Assembly: GCA_964016885.1 (NCBI GenBank)
Contig: OZ024742.1
Span: 147,684,001 to 147,748,000 of the forward strand
DNA from: Eledone cirrhosa
Lineage: Eukaryota
Direction: 5' to 3'
Length of the DNA stretch: 64,000 nucleotides
Positions 37,914 through 53,110 of the stretch are shown here, in pieces. Under the pieces are notes generated by a model that was not told the origin of the DNA, searched no databases, and was given only the letters and a program-made list of their open reading frames with translations. The translations under genes and the position numbers were made by a program. Each line of letters opens with the position of its first letter. Within the stretch, counting starts at the first letter, position 1.

Positions 37914-38104
37914 TACACACACAGTAATGTATATATGTTTCTGTAGCACTCCTCAATTCCCCCCTCTCTCCCTCCCGATACCCCCCTCTTGTAGTCTGTC
38001 TCTTTCTTTCACTCTCACTCTACACGTGCGCAAAAAACATTCGCACGCGTTTCCACTGTCGGACAGACAGACAGAGAAATTGCTGGTTATATATTATAAG
38101 GAGA
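37803..38104 (-). mobile_element. Collapsed Helitron D
   Basis: Duplicate of 26668-27070; palindrome at 37804-37838 with one mismatch. Confidence 0.65.
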
Positions 38105-38259
38105 TTATGATATTTGAAGCTTGCGTTATGTTTGTTCTAGATATAAATAACACAGTATCACACATGTAGGTTTTTATACTAGAATATATATCATATTTTA
38201 ACATTATCAGTGACTGGGAAATATATTCATTTTAGACTGCCTCTCAACCCACCAACTTT

Positions 38260-38570
38260 CTACATCACATTTTCACTAGATAACTACCATCAACCACTGA
38301 CTACATCACATGTTCACTAGATAACTACCATCAACCACTGACTACATCACATTTTCACTAGATAACTACCATCAACCACTGACTACATCGCATGTTCAAT
38401 AGATAACTACCATCAACCACTGACTACATCACATGTTCGATAACTCCCATCAACCACTGACTACATCGCATGTTCAATAGATAACTACCATCAACCATTC
38501 ACAACATTGCATGTTCAATAACCACCATCAACCACTAAATACATTGCATGTTCATTATATAACCATCATT
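38260..38570. repeat. 41-bp minisatellite, expanded (about 6 good plus 2 degenerate copies)
   Basis: Tandem ctacatcacatgttcactagataactaccatcaaccactga. Confidence 0.9.
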
Positions 38571-38762
38571 TAATGTAAAAAGATATCCTATTGTTTATCT
38601 CTCACTCACTACATGATAACCTCTATCTAGTATTTAGTTTCAAATATTGTCAACAAATTATATAGCTTACGAGTAAACAGTAAATATTTCAGTTTAAAGA
38701 AATGTTTAACTTTTATCATATATTGAACTGTGAATTATATAGTTTATAGTTGTGTCAGGATA

Positions 38763-39149
38763 AATAATTGTTTCTACTTTCGACAGAAGGCCAGTAAATA
38801 CTCAGTACATTACTGGTACTTTATTTTATCGACCTCGTAAGGATGAAAGGCAAAGTTAACCTCGGCGGGATTTGAACTCAGATTGTAAAGGGACGTAACT
38901 ATGCTGGAAAGCATGTCTGACACTCTACCAATTCTGCCAATCCACCGCCCTTGTGTCAGGAAAAATAATTGTTTCTACTTTTGGCACAAGGCCAGCAATT
39001 ACCCAGTGCATTACTGGTACTTCATCCTATCGACCCCGTAAGGATGAAAGGCAAAGTCAACCTCAGCGGGATTTGAACTCAGATCTTAAAGGGACGTAAC
39101 TATGCTGGAAAGCATGGCGTCCGACCCTCTACCGATACTGCCAATCCAC
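38763..39149 (-). mobile_element. Tandem dimer of the OK-like SINE
   Basis: Two copies (~38763-38951 and ~38965-39149) separated by a duplicated tgtgtcagga. Confidence 0.8.
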
Positions 39150-41219
39150 ATAATGACAGAATATTCAGATGTATGTGGTCAAAACTCACGATTCTGGGAT
39201 TGACAGTTAAGATGACATTGCATGTTCATTATATAACCATCATTTAATGTAAAAAGATATCCTATTGTTTATCTCTCACTCACTACATGATAACCTCTAA
39301 TATCTAGTATTTAGTTTCAAATATTGTCAAATTATATAACTTACAAGTAAACAGTTAGTAAATATTTCAGTTTAAAGAGATATTTAACTTTTATCATATA
39401 TTGAACTGTGAATTATATAGTTTATAGTTGTGTCAGGTTAAATATAATGACAGAATAATTTAAGAATAAATAATTTTTATTTAGATTTAGCGTGAAGAAT
39501 ATTCACACATGTATGTAGTCAAAACTCACGATTCTGGGATTGACAGTTAAGATGACAAAAGATTGAGAAAATTCAGTGATAATTTGTATGACAGACATAT
39601 CAAACCCACACAAGCCTGCTGAATGGACACTAAAACATTAATATTTATATACATATAAAAATGAGAAAACTCATCGCTAGAACAGCTGTTAAGACATCTA
39701 AATTCTGTCAAAGACAGCGATGGGCAAAAATGCCTGAGGACAGAGACCAGTGGCCAACAATCCACAAGGTGGGTCACAGGCAAATGAAATATAGAAAAGA
39801 TTGGAAGAGGACAAAGAGAAGTGTGTTGGTACATAGAAGTGACAAGCAGAAGGAAATAAAGACAATGTACAAGACAAGTTTACGCACACACATCTATCTT
39901 CACCCTCATCAGCTCTCAAACCAGCAAAACGTTTTTCACAATTTCTAATATAACTGAACAGTGCCATTGTCCTTTATTCATGACAGTGATTTCTCAGATA
40001 TAGTTATATAAAATAGTGTTGGAAGGTATATATTCTTTCTTCTGTAAATGGTTATATAAGTTTTATTGTTTATTTTCTGAAATGGCTTCTGTAACAGTTG
40101 ATCTGTCCTTCCTTACAAACCAGTGGACGTCTTGCCCTAGAAAAGTCTGGTAATAATAATGTCGTTGACCTCAACATCCACAAATCTTTAATGATGTCTT
40201 GTATGTAAATCTCTAAAAACTGCCCACTGAAGAGCTTCATTGATCTGTCATCTCTGTTGCACACCCTATCAACTCTCCATTATGTCCTCAATAATCATCA
40301 TTTACTTATTAATGACCTACTAGCCATCATGTCCAGCAATGCCCACCAAGTTGATACCACACTTCATTCTTTCATAATCTTTGTCAGTAAGTATCTTTAA
40401 CATATAATCTTAACATTTTACATCAAGGCCACAAATATACTATTAAGGGAGACCTCAAAAATGGGGTTGCCAATCTTGATTCCTTCAACAGAAAAAAAAC
40501 ACTGCTCATTTCAAGAAAATATCATTGCACCACTCCCTTCTATTTTCACTATTGATCACATTTGCCTTGAAACAAGATGACCTCCTTGGTGTTGGTGCCA
40601 TTATAAAATGCATTTGGTACACTCTGTAGTGTCTGGCATTCAAATAACATAGGGTAGAGATAACTCTTCAGTTATATCAAAGATATGACACCTTAGTGCT
40701 GGTACCAGTGTACTATATAAAGTGGTTGATATTAGGAGGACATCTGGCTGTAGAAACCAGTTTCTGACTCTAATAGGAAGACAGTAGCTCTGTGTATATA
40801 ATGACCTGATCTGTTACAAAACTTCATTACCAACATCATTGTTTAACGTCCATCTTCCACGCTAGCATGGGCTGGACGGTTTTATCCCACTTGAAGTGAG
40901 ATTGGTCGGGAGACCGTGTCTTACTTGTACAGAACTGTTTCTGGCAGGTTCTCTACGGCTGGATGCCCTTCCTAATACCAACCACATTTACAGTGTGGAC
41001 TTGGTGCTTTTTGTCATGTCACCTACATGACCACTTTACAGTGGACGGGTAGGGGTAAGGTGTATTTTGGCTTAAGAGGTGCCTTCTTCCAATCTATGCC
41101 AAAATAAAAAAACAAATGTAAAATGATAATGAAGGTCATAGTAATGTGGTTAGTCTCCAATACACACGTATTTAGTGAAGTTAATTTTTTCATAGAATAA
41201 TTTACCAGACTTACTAGTA

Positions 41220-43425
<2,206 letters not shown>

Positions 43426-43939
43426 CTTTGTGGTAATAAACTTAATCCTTTAAATCACTCAAATAAGTTATTTCCCTACAACTCTTATGTCACCACAATA
43501 TATAGATAATCTTTTTATATTTTATTTCAAACAAACATTTCTACAGCTACATTTCCATCAACTATATAGTCTTTGTCAATATCTGAAGATCCTGTAAACT
43601 CCTTTGTAAGTATGTCTAAGTTTAATGAGAATGAAAAATCACCCTGAACATATTCCAGTCAGTGAAATAGAGAAATGTTGCTATTAATCTCAGTTTAGAG
43701 GAAATAGTTCACAGTAATTCTACCACAGATTTATAGAAATACAATTATATCTGTTGTATATAACTCCTTCCTTTAGTCTTTAAAAGATGCTAAATATTGA
43801 TGACACTGTTAAAGTAAAAACGTTATTCTGAAATAATAAAGAAACAGTAAAAGATATAAGTGGATATTAAAAAGTAAAGATTCAACAATAGAAATTTTAC
43901 TACTTTTTCATATTCATAAACTGTAAACTTTTACCTACA

Positions 43940-45480
43940 CTAAGTTTGTGAAGAACTTGGGCATATTACTGCACAAGTTACTGCAATTTTTACACTTAAT
44001 TCAGCTGCCTGCCTTCCATCACCCATGAACACGGACCCAAGATACTTGAACTTCTCCACCTGCTTCAGTGGAACTCCCCTCATAAGTAGAGTACACTGTG
44101 CAGCTTCTTTGAGAGGATGAGTGTCTGTCTTTGTAGCATTGATTTTGATCCCTATGGTGTAGCACTCAGCATGAAAGCTATCACGTGCATGTTGATGGTC
44201 ACCTTCTGATGAGCTAAGTAATACCATGTCGTCTGAAAATTCCAGCTGACTGATCTTACTCATGTCAGTATTGATACCACTTCCATCCTGGCTGTGTATA
44301 TCAACTCAGTTCATGAAGATTATGAAGAGAAGAGGTGACAGTACGCACCTTTGGCAGAGTCCAAATCTCACATTGAATAGTTTTGATTTAGCACCATTTA
44401 TCCGAACACAAATACTTCAGCATTCATATAGACATCAGGGTAACATGAAGTTGTACATAGATCCCATACTCCTGCAGAACCTTCTACAGCAGGTTCTGTG
44501 GAATATGGTTGTATATCTTTTGAACATCTACAAAGCAAGAATACACCTCTTAGCAATACTCTCACGATTTCTCAAAGACCTGCTACAGTGCGAATATTTG
44601 GTTGGCTGTTTTGCATCAGGGGCAAAAGCTACACTGTTCATCAGCTAGCTTTGATTCAACAATCCTTCTACATCTCTTTGCCAGACATTTAGCATAGACT
44701 TTACACGATCCTTCTCTAATTGGAGCAATCGCTCGTCTTACTTTTTGAAAATGGGGATTATTACCCCCAATTGCTATTGCTTAAGCGCCTTTTCAGAGAT
44801 CTAGGTCACTCAGCACACGAGTCAGCCAGAGAACACTGTTTCTATTTAAAGCTTTTACCATATTGGGCCGAATTTCATCCTCCCCAGCAACCTTACCACA
44901 TTTAAGGTCGTTAATTGCTCTTGTAACCTCAGCTTCTGGGAGATTAGTAATCAGTCCCAAATGTACCTCATAAGATACTGTTGCAACCAGGTTTAGATCA
45001 GCAGAGTATTCTCTTCACCTCGCTAGGATGCTCCTCTCAGATCAGAGAATACCAGATGCATTCCTGATAGCAGGTGTGGAGGAGGACTTCTTATTACAAA
45101 ATCAGTGGATGATCTACCAGAACATTTTATTTGCTAATCTGAAGTCGGATCCCTGCTTAAGCACAAAGTCCTCTCATGTCTTAACTTTGGACACCTTTAC
45201 TGTCTCTGCTGTGACTTTTTGCACCTGCATGTGCAAGGAGGACTTATTTCTAAGCCAAGCTTTGTAGGCTGCCTCCTTTGCTTGGCTGGCATCTTTGACC
45301 TTTTGACTGAACCATGGGGTCCTCCTGTCACCCTGCACCAAACCAAGTTGCTTTCATCTATAGCATTTAACAGCTGAAACAGAAACTGACAATTTAAACA
45401 GTCTCCACTCTACTCAGTTTGCTCAGAGAGTTCTCTGAATTTGGATGCAATAACATCGGCATACGAACATCCAGCACAAA
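43940..45480 (-). mobile_element. RTE LINE fragment in the ZNF-3 intron
   Basis: Paralog of 21022-22700. Confidence 0.8.
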
Positions 45481-46800
45481 ATCAAAGATATATATATAAT
45501 AACGTTAATGCTTTCATTTACTGAATGTTTTCCGTTTGTTTGCTGTGTGCAAAACACGAATTTGCAAACGTTTTCATCATACTTTCCAATTTTTATGCTC
45601 TTGAACTTTCTCGCACAAAATTATTTTTTTTTTTGTTTTTTTTCTTTTAATAATTTTAAGAAAAGAAAATAAGAAACATAAATTATAATATTCAAAAGTG
45701 TCTATTAATACATCATAATAATGTCGTATCGTATATTGCCGAAGATGTTTTCTTGAATAGCACGGCGCCAATAAAGGTAACCGGCGAATCTCGCGAGAGC
45801 GCTTGGCTGTTCCAGCGCATTAGCCTCGCCATCACCCGAGGCAATGCTGCCAGTGTGTTGGCTTGACTCAAAAGTCATTAGAGGGCGTCCAGTACCGCTC
45901 GCTGCTGTCTTTTGCTCTGGTGTTGGCTCGGTTGTTCACCCCTTCCTTTACAGTTTTAAACGAGGATTTGTTTGTTTGTTTTAGTACTGTTTGGTATTCC
46001 TTCTTAAGTTTCCAGTTTTTTTTACCTCTCTTCTTTCTCCTTCCCCTAAACCCTTTCCTTACTTTCGTTATTTAATTTTTTTTCCCTCTTTCTTTCTTTT
46101 TGTTATTGCAAGCATTATATAACCGAACTGAAATTTGTCGAATAAATAAAAGTACTTTAAAAAAAAATATATGAATATAAAAACGAAACTACCGAATCAA
46201 TATAATTCAATAAAACAACAATATTATTCATTCAATGTTAATAGTATTTTTCTTAATTACAAAACAAAACAATAATTTGACGCGGGGAAAGTTCAAGATA
46301 ACCGCTTTTACACCTACCTCCCTTATTATGATACGCCATCGTAGACTTCTTTGTGCATATATAACCACGATAAAAGTATGTTTATACCTTCATTGCTACG
46401 TATAATTTCCATCATAAAGTAAACATTTATTTATTTAATCAATTTAAACGTCCTTATAGGGCTGGTAAGTATGATAGACGGCGAGATTTATTTAATATCC
46501 TTTATGACAAGAGTCAGAAACAAAAGGGAGGCAAATGAAGCAAAAAAGAGTAAAATATGGTATTTCGAGATTTTAAAAATATTTTTTCTTCTAAATACAA
46601 TTTCTTTAATAATGATAACAATGTAAGTTACGACGTAATTCACAATATATTCAAAATTAAATTATTAAAAGAAATTTGTATAAAAAAAAAAAAAACGATT
46701 ATTATGCTAGCCTGTATATAATTACTGTATTCTCCAAGTGGAACAATTTTATTATTTACAAATATTAATGTAGACTTCAGGTAAATGTTTGTCAACTTAC

Positions 46801-47010
46801 CGTGTTCACACACATTTAAACAGTAAATGAGTGAGTTGCGTGTTTATTTTATAAAACTACCAAAGAAATTATCTGGTTGTTATATTCAGCTTTTCAAATG
46901 TTTGATCAACTTTAGTTCTACATCATCAAGTTACAATGTAACTTCACATCTTTAGTCGGAGGTTCGTATCTTGTCAGAATATCATTAGCTATAATTTCGA
47001 TATGAAATCC
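46801..47010 (-). other. Putative non-coding exon 1 of ZNF-3
   Basis: Donor ACG|GTAAGTT at 46801/46800. Confidence 0.65.
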
Positions 47011-47939
47011 TTCTGCTACATTTACTCTATTTTTATATCGACAAATAATTTCAGAAGTGATTAAAATTGTCCATATGTAATAAAATCTAATTAATTTATA
47101 ATAATATTTATCTGATGAAAGCATAATATTATTCTAATTATTTTTTACATATAGATGAACTGTTAAGTATATTTTGTTTGCAAAGATAAACATTTCATTA
47201 CAAATGCAAACTCTATTTTCTTAAATAAAAAACGCTTATGTGTGTAATACAATTTTAATCCAAACTAATTCAAGAAAGCTATTTACATTTCCTCAACTAC
47301 GCCCGTATTCAGCAAAATTATCTCACAGTCAATAGTTTATCCACTGAGAACAGAATGGTATGGTTTGGTGTTGACCATTGTTGACAGATCGTAGTCAAGG
47401 ATTTATACAACAAGAACAAGTCAGGGTTTAATGGAAGCTGCAAAAGTAATGTGCATATAGACACACATTTATATGTGTAACAAATTATCCTTTGGTGAAT
47501 TTTGCTATGGTATGAAAATACGCCGTATTTTCAATACAACTTCACCTAAAATCATTGCAAAGAAAATCCTTTCTGTGAATTTTATTTTAATATAGAGTTA
47601 ATATGGTTTTGTAGAATTCCATGGCTAAAATGAATATTTCAAATGTAGTTTTGTTTCCTTTATGCTCATTATTCACTCAGGTACTAATAAGGTAATGCTG
47701 GAGTTATGAGAAAATACACCCACTATACTCTGTAATGCATCATGCTGGTACTTCAATAAAATACACCTGGTGTACTCAGTAAAGTGGTTGATGATAGGAA
47801 GGGCATCTAGCATAAAAACTATGCTAAGTATGAGCAGGATGTGGTTCTCAGACCAATACAGTCTTGGCCATTGACATCCTGTCCACCCTATGCCAGTAAG
47901 GAAAGCAGATGTAAATGATGATGATTATTATATTATACA

Positions 47940-49103
47940 CTAGCAGTGGTACCCGGCGTTGCACGGTAAAGGTATTTTGGAACGCGGGCCGCAAACAGAC
48001 CTAATCGTGGAAAAACTGTATGCCGCGACAATATGTAAAGAAAATAAACCAAATACTCTGATGGTTGGATAATCTTTAAGATTTTCCTCGATGAAGCAGG
48101 GAAAATGCAGGTTCTCACCTAATGCGGGCTCTCGGACATCAAGTAAACGATTTTTTCTATGTGCATAATATGCCTTGAAATTTCGGGAAAATTGGCTTAC
48201 GTAACGCCTAAAAAAAGCCCTAAAAATGTGGAAAAATCAAGTTTTTAAACTAATGCGGAGCCTAGGCCATAAAAAAGTTGGATTTCCTTTGCTCACCGTA
48301 TGAAGAAGAGACTGACTAATACATAGTTACAATTTCAAGGAAACCGGTCTAACGTAACGCCTCAAAATACCCCTAAAAAGCTAATACTAGTCATTTATAA
48401 TTCTTACATTTATTTCTTAAGTAAGTTGCATAAAAATATAAAATCAAAACGAAAAAAAATATATATATAGATTTTCTACAATAACTATATGTATATATAT
48501 AGTAGCGGTAAAATAATAACTTTTGTAAAATAGTAACTTTTGTTCTCATAAAGGCACGTAAGTAAGCAACACTGTGGCTTAAAACGTGAGGAAGAAATTG
48601 TGTGCACTTACCAACTGTTTGGGGAATGAGTGTGAGATTTGTCTTGAGCAAGGGTGGTTGAATAACCGGAGGCAGTGGACCGTAACTGACGTAATGCAGA
48701 CAGCCAGACGTACAGACAGATATTATAAGGGCGCGACGATCTGAGTTCAAATCCCGCCGAGGTTAACTTTGCCTTTCATCCTTGCGGGGTCGATAAAATA
48801 AAGTACCAGTAATGCACTGGGATAATTGCTGGCCTTGTGCCAAAAGTAGAAACAATTATAAGAGCGCGACGTTATATGTATCTATCTAAAAAGAGAAAGA
48901 CTAAGAATTATAGAGAGAGATCGCTAATTCGCCTAATCCGGTCCCTAGGGCATTGAAAATTTGAATTTTTTTTACTCAGAACACTCCCTGAAACAAGTAT
49001 TACATGTGTAAAGTTTGAAAACAGTCGGTTGGGTGCTTCTCGAGTTTTAGCGATTCAAACCCACACACACACAGACAGACCTCCTCAGTTTTATATATAT
49101 AGA
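47940..49103 (-). mobile_element. Helitron family A with an intact CTAG, containing a SINE
   Basis: Paralog of 8481-9827; TC at 49103, CTAG at 47940. Confidence 0.85.
48739..48854 (+). mobile_element. 5'-truncated OK-like SINE
   Basis: 17-bp TSD attataag(g/a)gcgcgacg at 48722-48738 and 48855-48871. Confidence 0.85.
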
Positions 49104-49450
49104 TAATAATCATCATCATTTACATCTGCTTTCCATACTGGTATAGGGTGGACAGAATGTCAATGGCCAAGACTATTGGTCTGAGAACAACATCTAGCTC
49201 ATACTTACCTCATTAGTATCTGAGTGAATAATGAGCATAAAGGAAACAAAACTACATTTGAAATATTCATTTTAGCCATGGAATTCATACCATGAGCAAA
49301 GGAAATCCAACTTTTTTATGGCCCAGGGACCGCATTTGGTGAAAAACTTCATTTTTTCAGCTTTTTAGGGCATTTTTTATGCGTTATATCAAGCCGATTT
49401 TCCCGAAATTTCAAGGCATATTATGCACATAAAAAAAATTCATTTCCTTG
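49104..49450. repeat. Inverted patchwork duplication of the Helitron A left flank and interior
   Basis: Reverse complement of ~47826-47930, ~47614-47692 and ~48140-48300. Confidence 0.8.
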
Positions 49451-49599
49451 AGTGTAAAAATCTAACAGATCCCTTTTCTGGTTTGCCTTGGAGTACTAAC
49501 TGCCAACACTTGCATATATATCTCTTCATACTACAAATAAACTTGTTAACTACTCGCTTATCAATCTGTATAAACACCAGGATGGTTTTTCCAGTGTTC

Positions 49600-50260
49600 A
49601 TGGAAGAATAGTATGAGGAATAAGGCTCCTGGATTTCTGTAACACAAATGACCCAACAATTTGCAATAAGGCTTTAGGAAACCAGCCAGTTACCTGATCG
49701 TGCATCTCTGGCGAAGAATATATTGCTCAAAATAGAACAGTGATTGATGACTTCAACGTAAGAGCTAGATAAACTCAGAAATAAAAGATAATCTAGAGAA
49801 GGATGACATGGAAGTTAAAAGAGGCCTATACCAATATAAAATTTCACAAAAGTCCTAAAGGACACTTATGACAGAAGGGATGAGAATATAGAGATAGAGA
49901 ACATAGACAAAAACTGAGAGTTTCTATGAGATAACCTGCTGAGGGCTACACACTAGACCTGTGGCTATTGTAAGGTTCCAGCAAGATGGAAGTTGGCACA
50001 GTGGTGGACCAGTACTGTAGATATAACCATGAAAATTAAGAGATGGGCTTGGAAAGACTGGAAGACAGTAGAGAGAAATAGCAATTAGCTAGAAGAGAAG
50101 CTTGATATTAAATATATTTAGCTGAAGGTGACACAAAGTAAGAGGTTCAAAACTGTTCTGTAACATGAGGATCAGAAGCTTGAGTTTTCCAGATTACATG
50201 ATAATGTGATAGAGAAAAGAGGAAGAGGGGAGCATATTGGCAGGGAAGGGATACCTAAAT
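49600..50260. mobile_element. Highly decayed LINE fragments
   Basis: Plus-strand RLLDFCNTN endonuclease-like remnant at ~49620; minus-strand LINE ORF2 3'-like remnants at 49700-50260. Confidence 0.35.
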
Positions 50261-50427
50261 GTTGATACACCTCAGCTTCTACACTACACGTCTGATCCTG
50301 CTCATCTTTTGTAGTACAGCAAACTGCCAGTCAACTCCAAGTGCCCTGCACATTCTTATGCAGCTATGATCTTCCATGCACATAACATGTCCATTCCCAT
50401 GTAGCGTTCCCTTTTGTACATTGAATT

Positions 50428-50935
50428 TGACCCCTTTTATGCTCATTTTTTTTTTTTGTAAATCATATTATACAAATTAGCCCTTTTGGTACAAACTGCC
50501 TCTGTTTCTATGAAACAAAATGACCCATTTTAAAGGGTTTCTATTCAGAAGGCGTGTGGCTGAGTGGTTAGAGAATTGGATTCGCAATCGTAAGGTTGTG
50601 AGTTCGATTCCTGGACCAGGCGATGCGTTATGTCCTTGAGCAAGACACTTTATTTCACGTTGCTCCTTCTACCTGGAGTTGCGACCGATAGATAGTATTA
50701 GCAATTGGAAAGACCAACGGAAACATTGTTCCCTCGGTCCGATTTGACGAAAGTCGATCGTTCCTCTATTCAGATAACAATTTTCCAACAATTTTATACA
50801 AAAACTGTTCGTTATGTTACAAATACCATCTTGATATTGAAATAATTAATTATTCTTAGTAAATTTTTCAAAATTCTTCATTGATTAATTCAAACACAAT
50901 GTGTGTCATTAGAAATATGGCCACAAAAGGGTTAA
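50428..50935. mobile_element. piggyBac-like MITE containing a SINE
   Basis: Right end AAAGGG|TTAA; degenerate left end TTGACCCCTTT. Confidence 0.45.
50550..50764 (+). mobile_element. tRNA-derived CORE-like SINE
   Basis: A box TGGCTGAGTGG, B box GTTCGATTCC, core TGTCCTTGAGCAAGACACTT; 10-bp TSD tctattcaga. Confidence 0.85.
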
Positions 50936-51431
50936 GTCTCTATTTCTATGCTGTAATACATAGAGTAGAAATCGAATAGATTCACATAAATGATAATAAT
51001 TATAATTCACAATCAACAACCTATTCCATTAATATGATATAAGAATCTTTGCAACACACATGGTAAAAGGATTCTTTAATGGTGACAAAAAAAAAGCAGT
51101 TGTTTTACACATGATATGAGAAAGTGAGTGAATAACATGTTCTGTCCAAAATAATATTTTAATGTTTTGTTAAAGCCAACAGTTTTGTGAGGAAGGAAAG
51201 GTTGATTATATAACCCAGTATTTGACTGGTACTTTATTTTATTGAAAGATGAGAAAAGCAATGTTGACTTTAGTGGAAGTTGAACTGAGAATGTAAAAAC
51301 CAAGTGTAGCAGTTTCAGATTACCCTTAATACACCATACCTCTCGCTAACTTGAAATCAATTACAAGTTACTTCCCCTACTCCCAGTAATCTGAGATAAA
51401 TAAAAGGATAACATTGTACATTAAATGATAA

Positions 51432-51625
51432 ATAATTGTTTCTACTTTTGGCACAAGGCCAGCAATTATCCAGTCTATTACTGGTACTTTATTTTATCAA
51501 CCCCCGTAAGGATGAAAGGCAAAGTTAACCTCGACAGGATTTGAACTCAGAATGGTAAGGGCCGTAACTCTAACCGTCAAAGCATGGCGTTCAACCCTCT
51601 ACCGATACTGCCAATCCACCGCCCT
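51432..51625 (-). mobile_element. OK-like SINE, near full length
   Basis: Same family as 28425 and 38763. Confidence 0.8.
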
Positions 51626-51753
51626 GATAATAAAATGATAATGAAGGTTATCTAGTGAACATGTGATCTAGCCAGGTAGTGGGTTGATGGTAACTAAGTG
51701 AAAAGCAGTCTAAAGAAAATATATTTCCAAGTCACTGATACTATTATGATATA

Positions 51754-51944
51754 CAGGGTGAGCATAAAATCTTTCCACACTGAGCTTTTTATTTGTTACT
51801 GAAAATGATTACTTCCTCTAGAAGAGAAAATGTAAAACATGTTCAGAAAACTTTAAACTTGAAATTTATAAATTGAAACAGTTAAGCAAATAGTATTTGA
51901 GATATGGTATTTTATAATCAAGGAAAGACTTTATGCTCACTCTG
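51754..51944. mobile_element. Tc1/mariner-type MITE
   Basis: TIRs CAGGGTGAGCATAAAATCTTTCC / GGAAAGACTTTATGCTCACTCTG, flanked by TA. Confidence 0.85.
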
Positions 51945-52599
51945 TATATTGTATAAAACATATTTGTATGATACTTTGTTATTTATGTTGTCATAAACAA
52001 GATCTTGCAGTAAATGGTGGCTATGAAAAAATTCAACAAAAACTTATAGCTGCCTTTGTTTTTCACCTTCGTTCTTATTTATGTTTCTTTTGCATTCTGT
52101 TTCCTTCTAGTTTTTGTTTCTTAATTGTAGGGGGTATTAAATACCTCTTTTAGTCTGCCATGGATTACTAACTCGATACAGGTGTTTAGATTGATTAAAT
52201 AAATAAATATGAAATCTAGAAAAAACAACATGGCAAAACATAAACTGTATATAAGGTTGTTGTTGGACCTCTGCTGATGAGTGTTCCAATTGTTTGAGCA
52301 ATAAGACAACATGCTTGCGAAATTAACATGTAGGTGACTGAGCATTCCACAGACATGCACCTTTATCATAGTTCTTATAGAGATGCAGTGTGACACAATA
52401 TGTGACAAGGCTGGCTCTTTTAATTCCAAGTATTACACATATTTGCCAGCTGAGTGGACTGAAGCAAGATGAAATAAAATATTTTACTAAAAGACACCTG
52501 TTACCAGGAATTAAATTTATGACCTTACAATTGTGAGCCAAAAGCCCTTTACTCTATGTCACACACCTTTACTGTATATAAGATATTATTGCATTCTTT

Positions 52600-53110
52600 A
52601 TAGAATGAAATATCTGAATTGTTGCAAATATTGTCTGTTTACAGTGTGAAAGATATCTTCAAAAACGTTAGCAATAACTTTTTGTCTTTGTTAAGAAAGA
52701 TCTGTAAGAAATTTTAAAATCCATCTTATTCAACTCTTCAACCAAGTTGAATCCATTAACAGTAAATCAATAGAGAAAGTTTCAATATTTTCTTACAACT
52801 CAACAATTTATACACTCAGCAAAGTCTTGTTTTTCTAATCTAAATATATGCTGTACTTAAAAACTGCTCCATATGCTGGAAGCCGATGTATTTTTCATTA
52901 CCTTCTAACTATACACAGATCTAGGCTCTATCTTCACCAAACTCTTCAATATCTCTACAGGGATCTATCAAGATCTTTCGAAACATGCAACACTATGTCC
53001 CATCGCCAAGAGCAATATATCTGAGCTTGAAAACTATCAACCCATTGTTTTCACTTCTGACATTTCATGGGTGGTGGAATCGGTCATCAACAATCACCTT
53101 CTCTAATAAC
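52600..53110 (+). mobile_element. Decayed LINE RT N-terminal fragment
   Basis: IFTKLFNIS..KHATLCPIAK..ENYQPIVFTSDISWVVESVINNHL, a remnant of the NYRPISL motif region. Confidence 0.55.

Noticed and set aside
25273-38104. Helitron read-through capture as the cause of the youngest ZNF duplication (the A and D 3' CTAG ends are mutated in the duplicated units)
   Set aside because: The ancestry switch and junction lie in the intronic LINE at 33697, not at Helitron termini. The idea remains possible only for older duplications.
38260-38570. CRISPR-like array
   Set aside because: Repeats are contiguous with no unique spacers, there are no cas genes, and the context is eukaryotic.
50550-50625. tRNA gene (also ~60997-61065)
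   Set aside because: The tRNA-like head continues into a SINE core and is bounded by TSDs.
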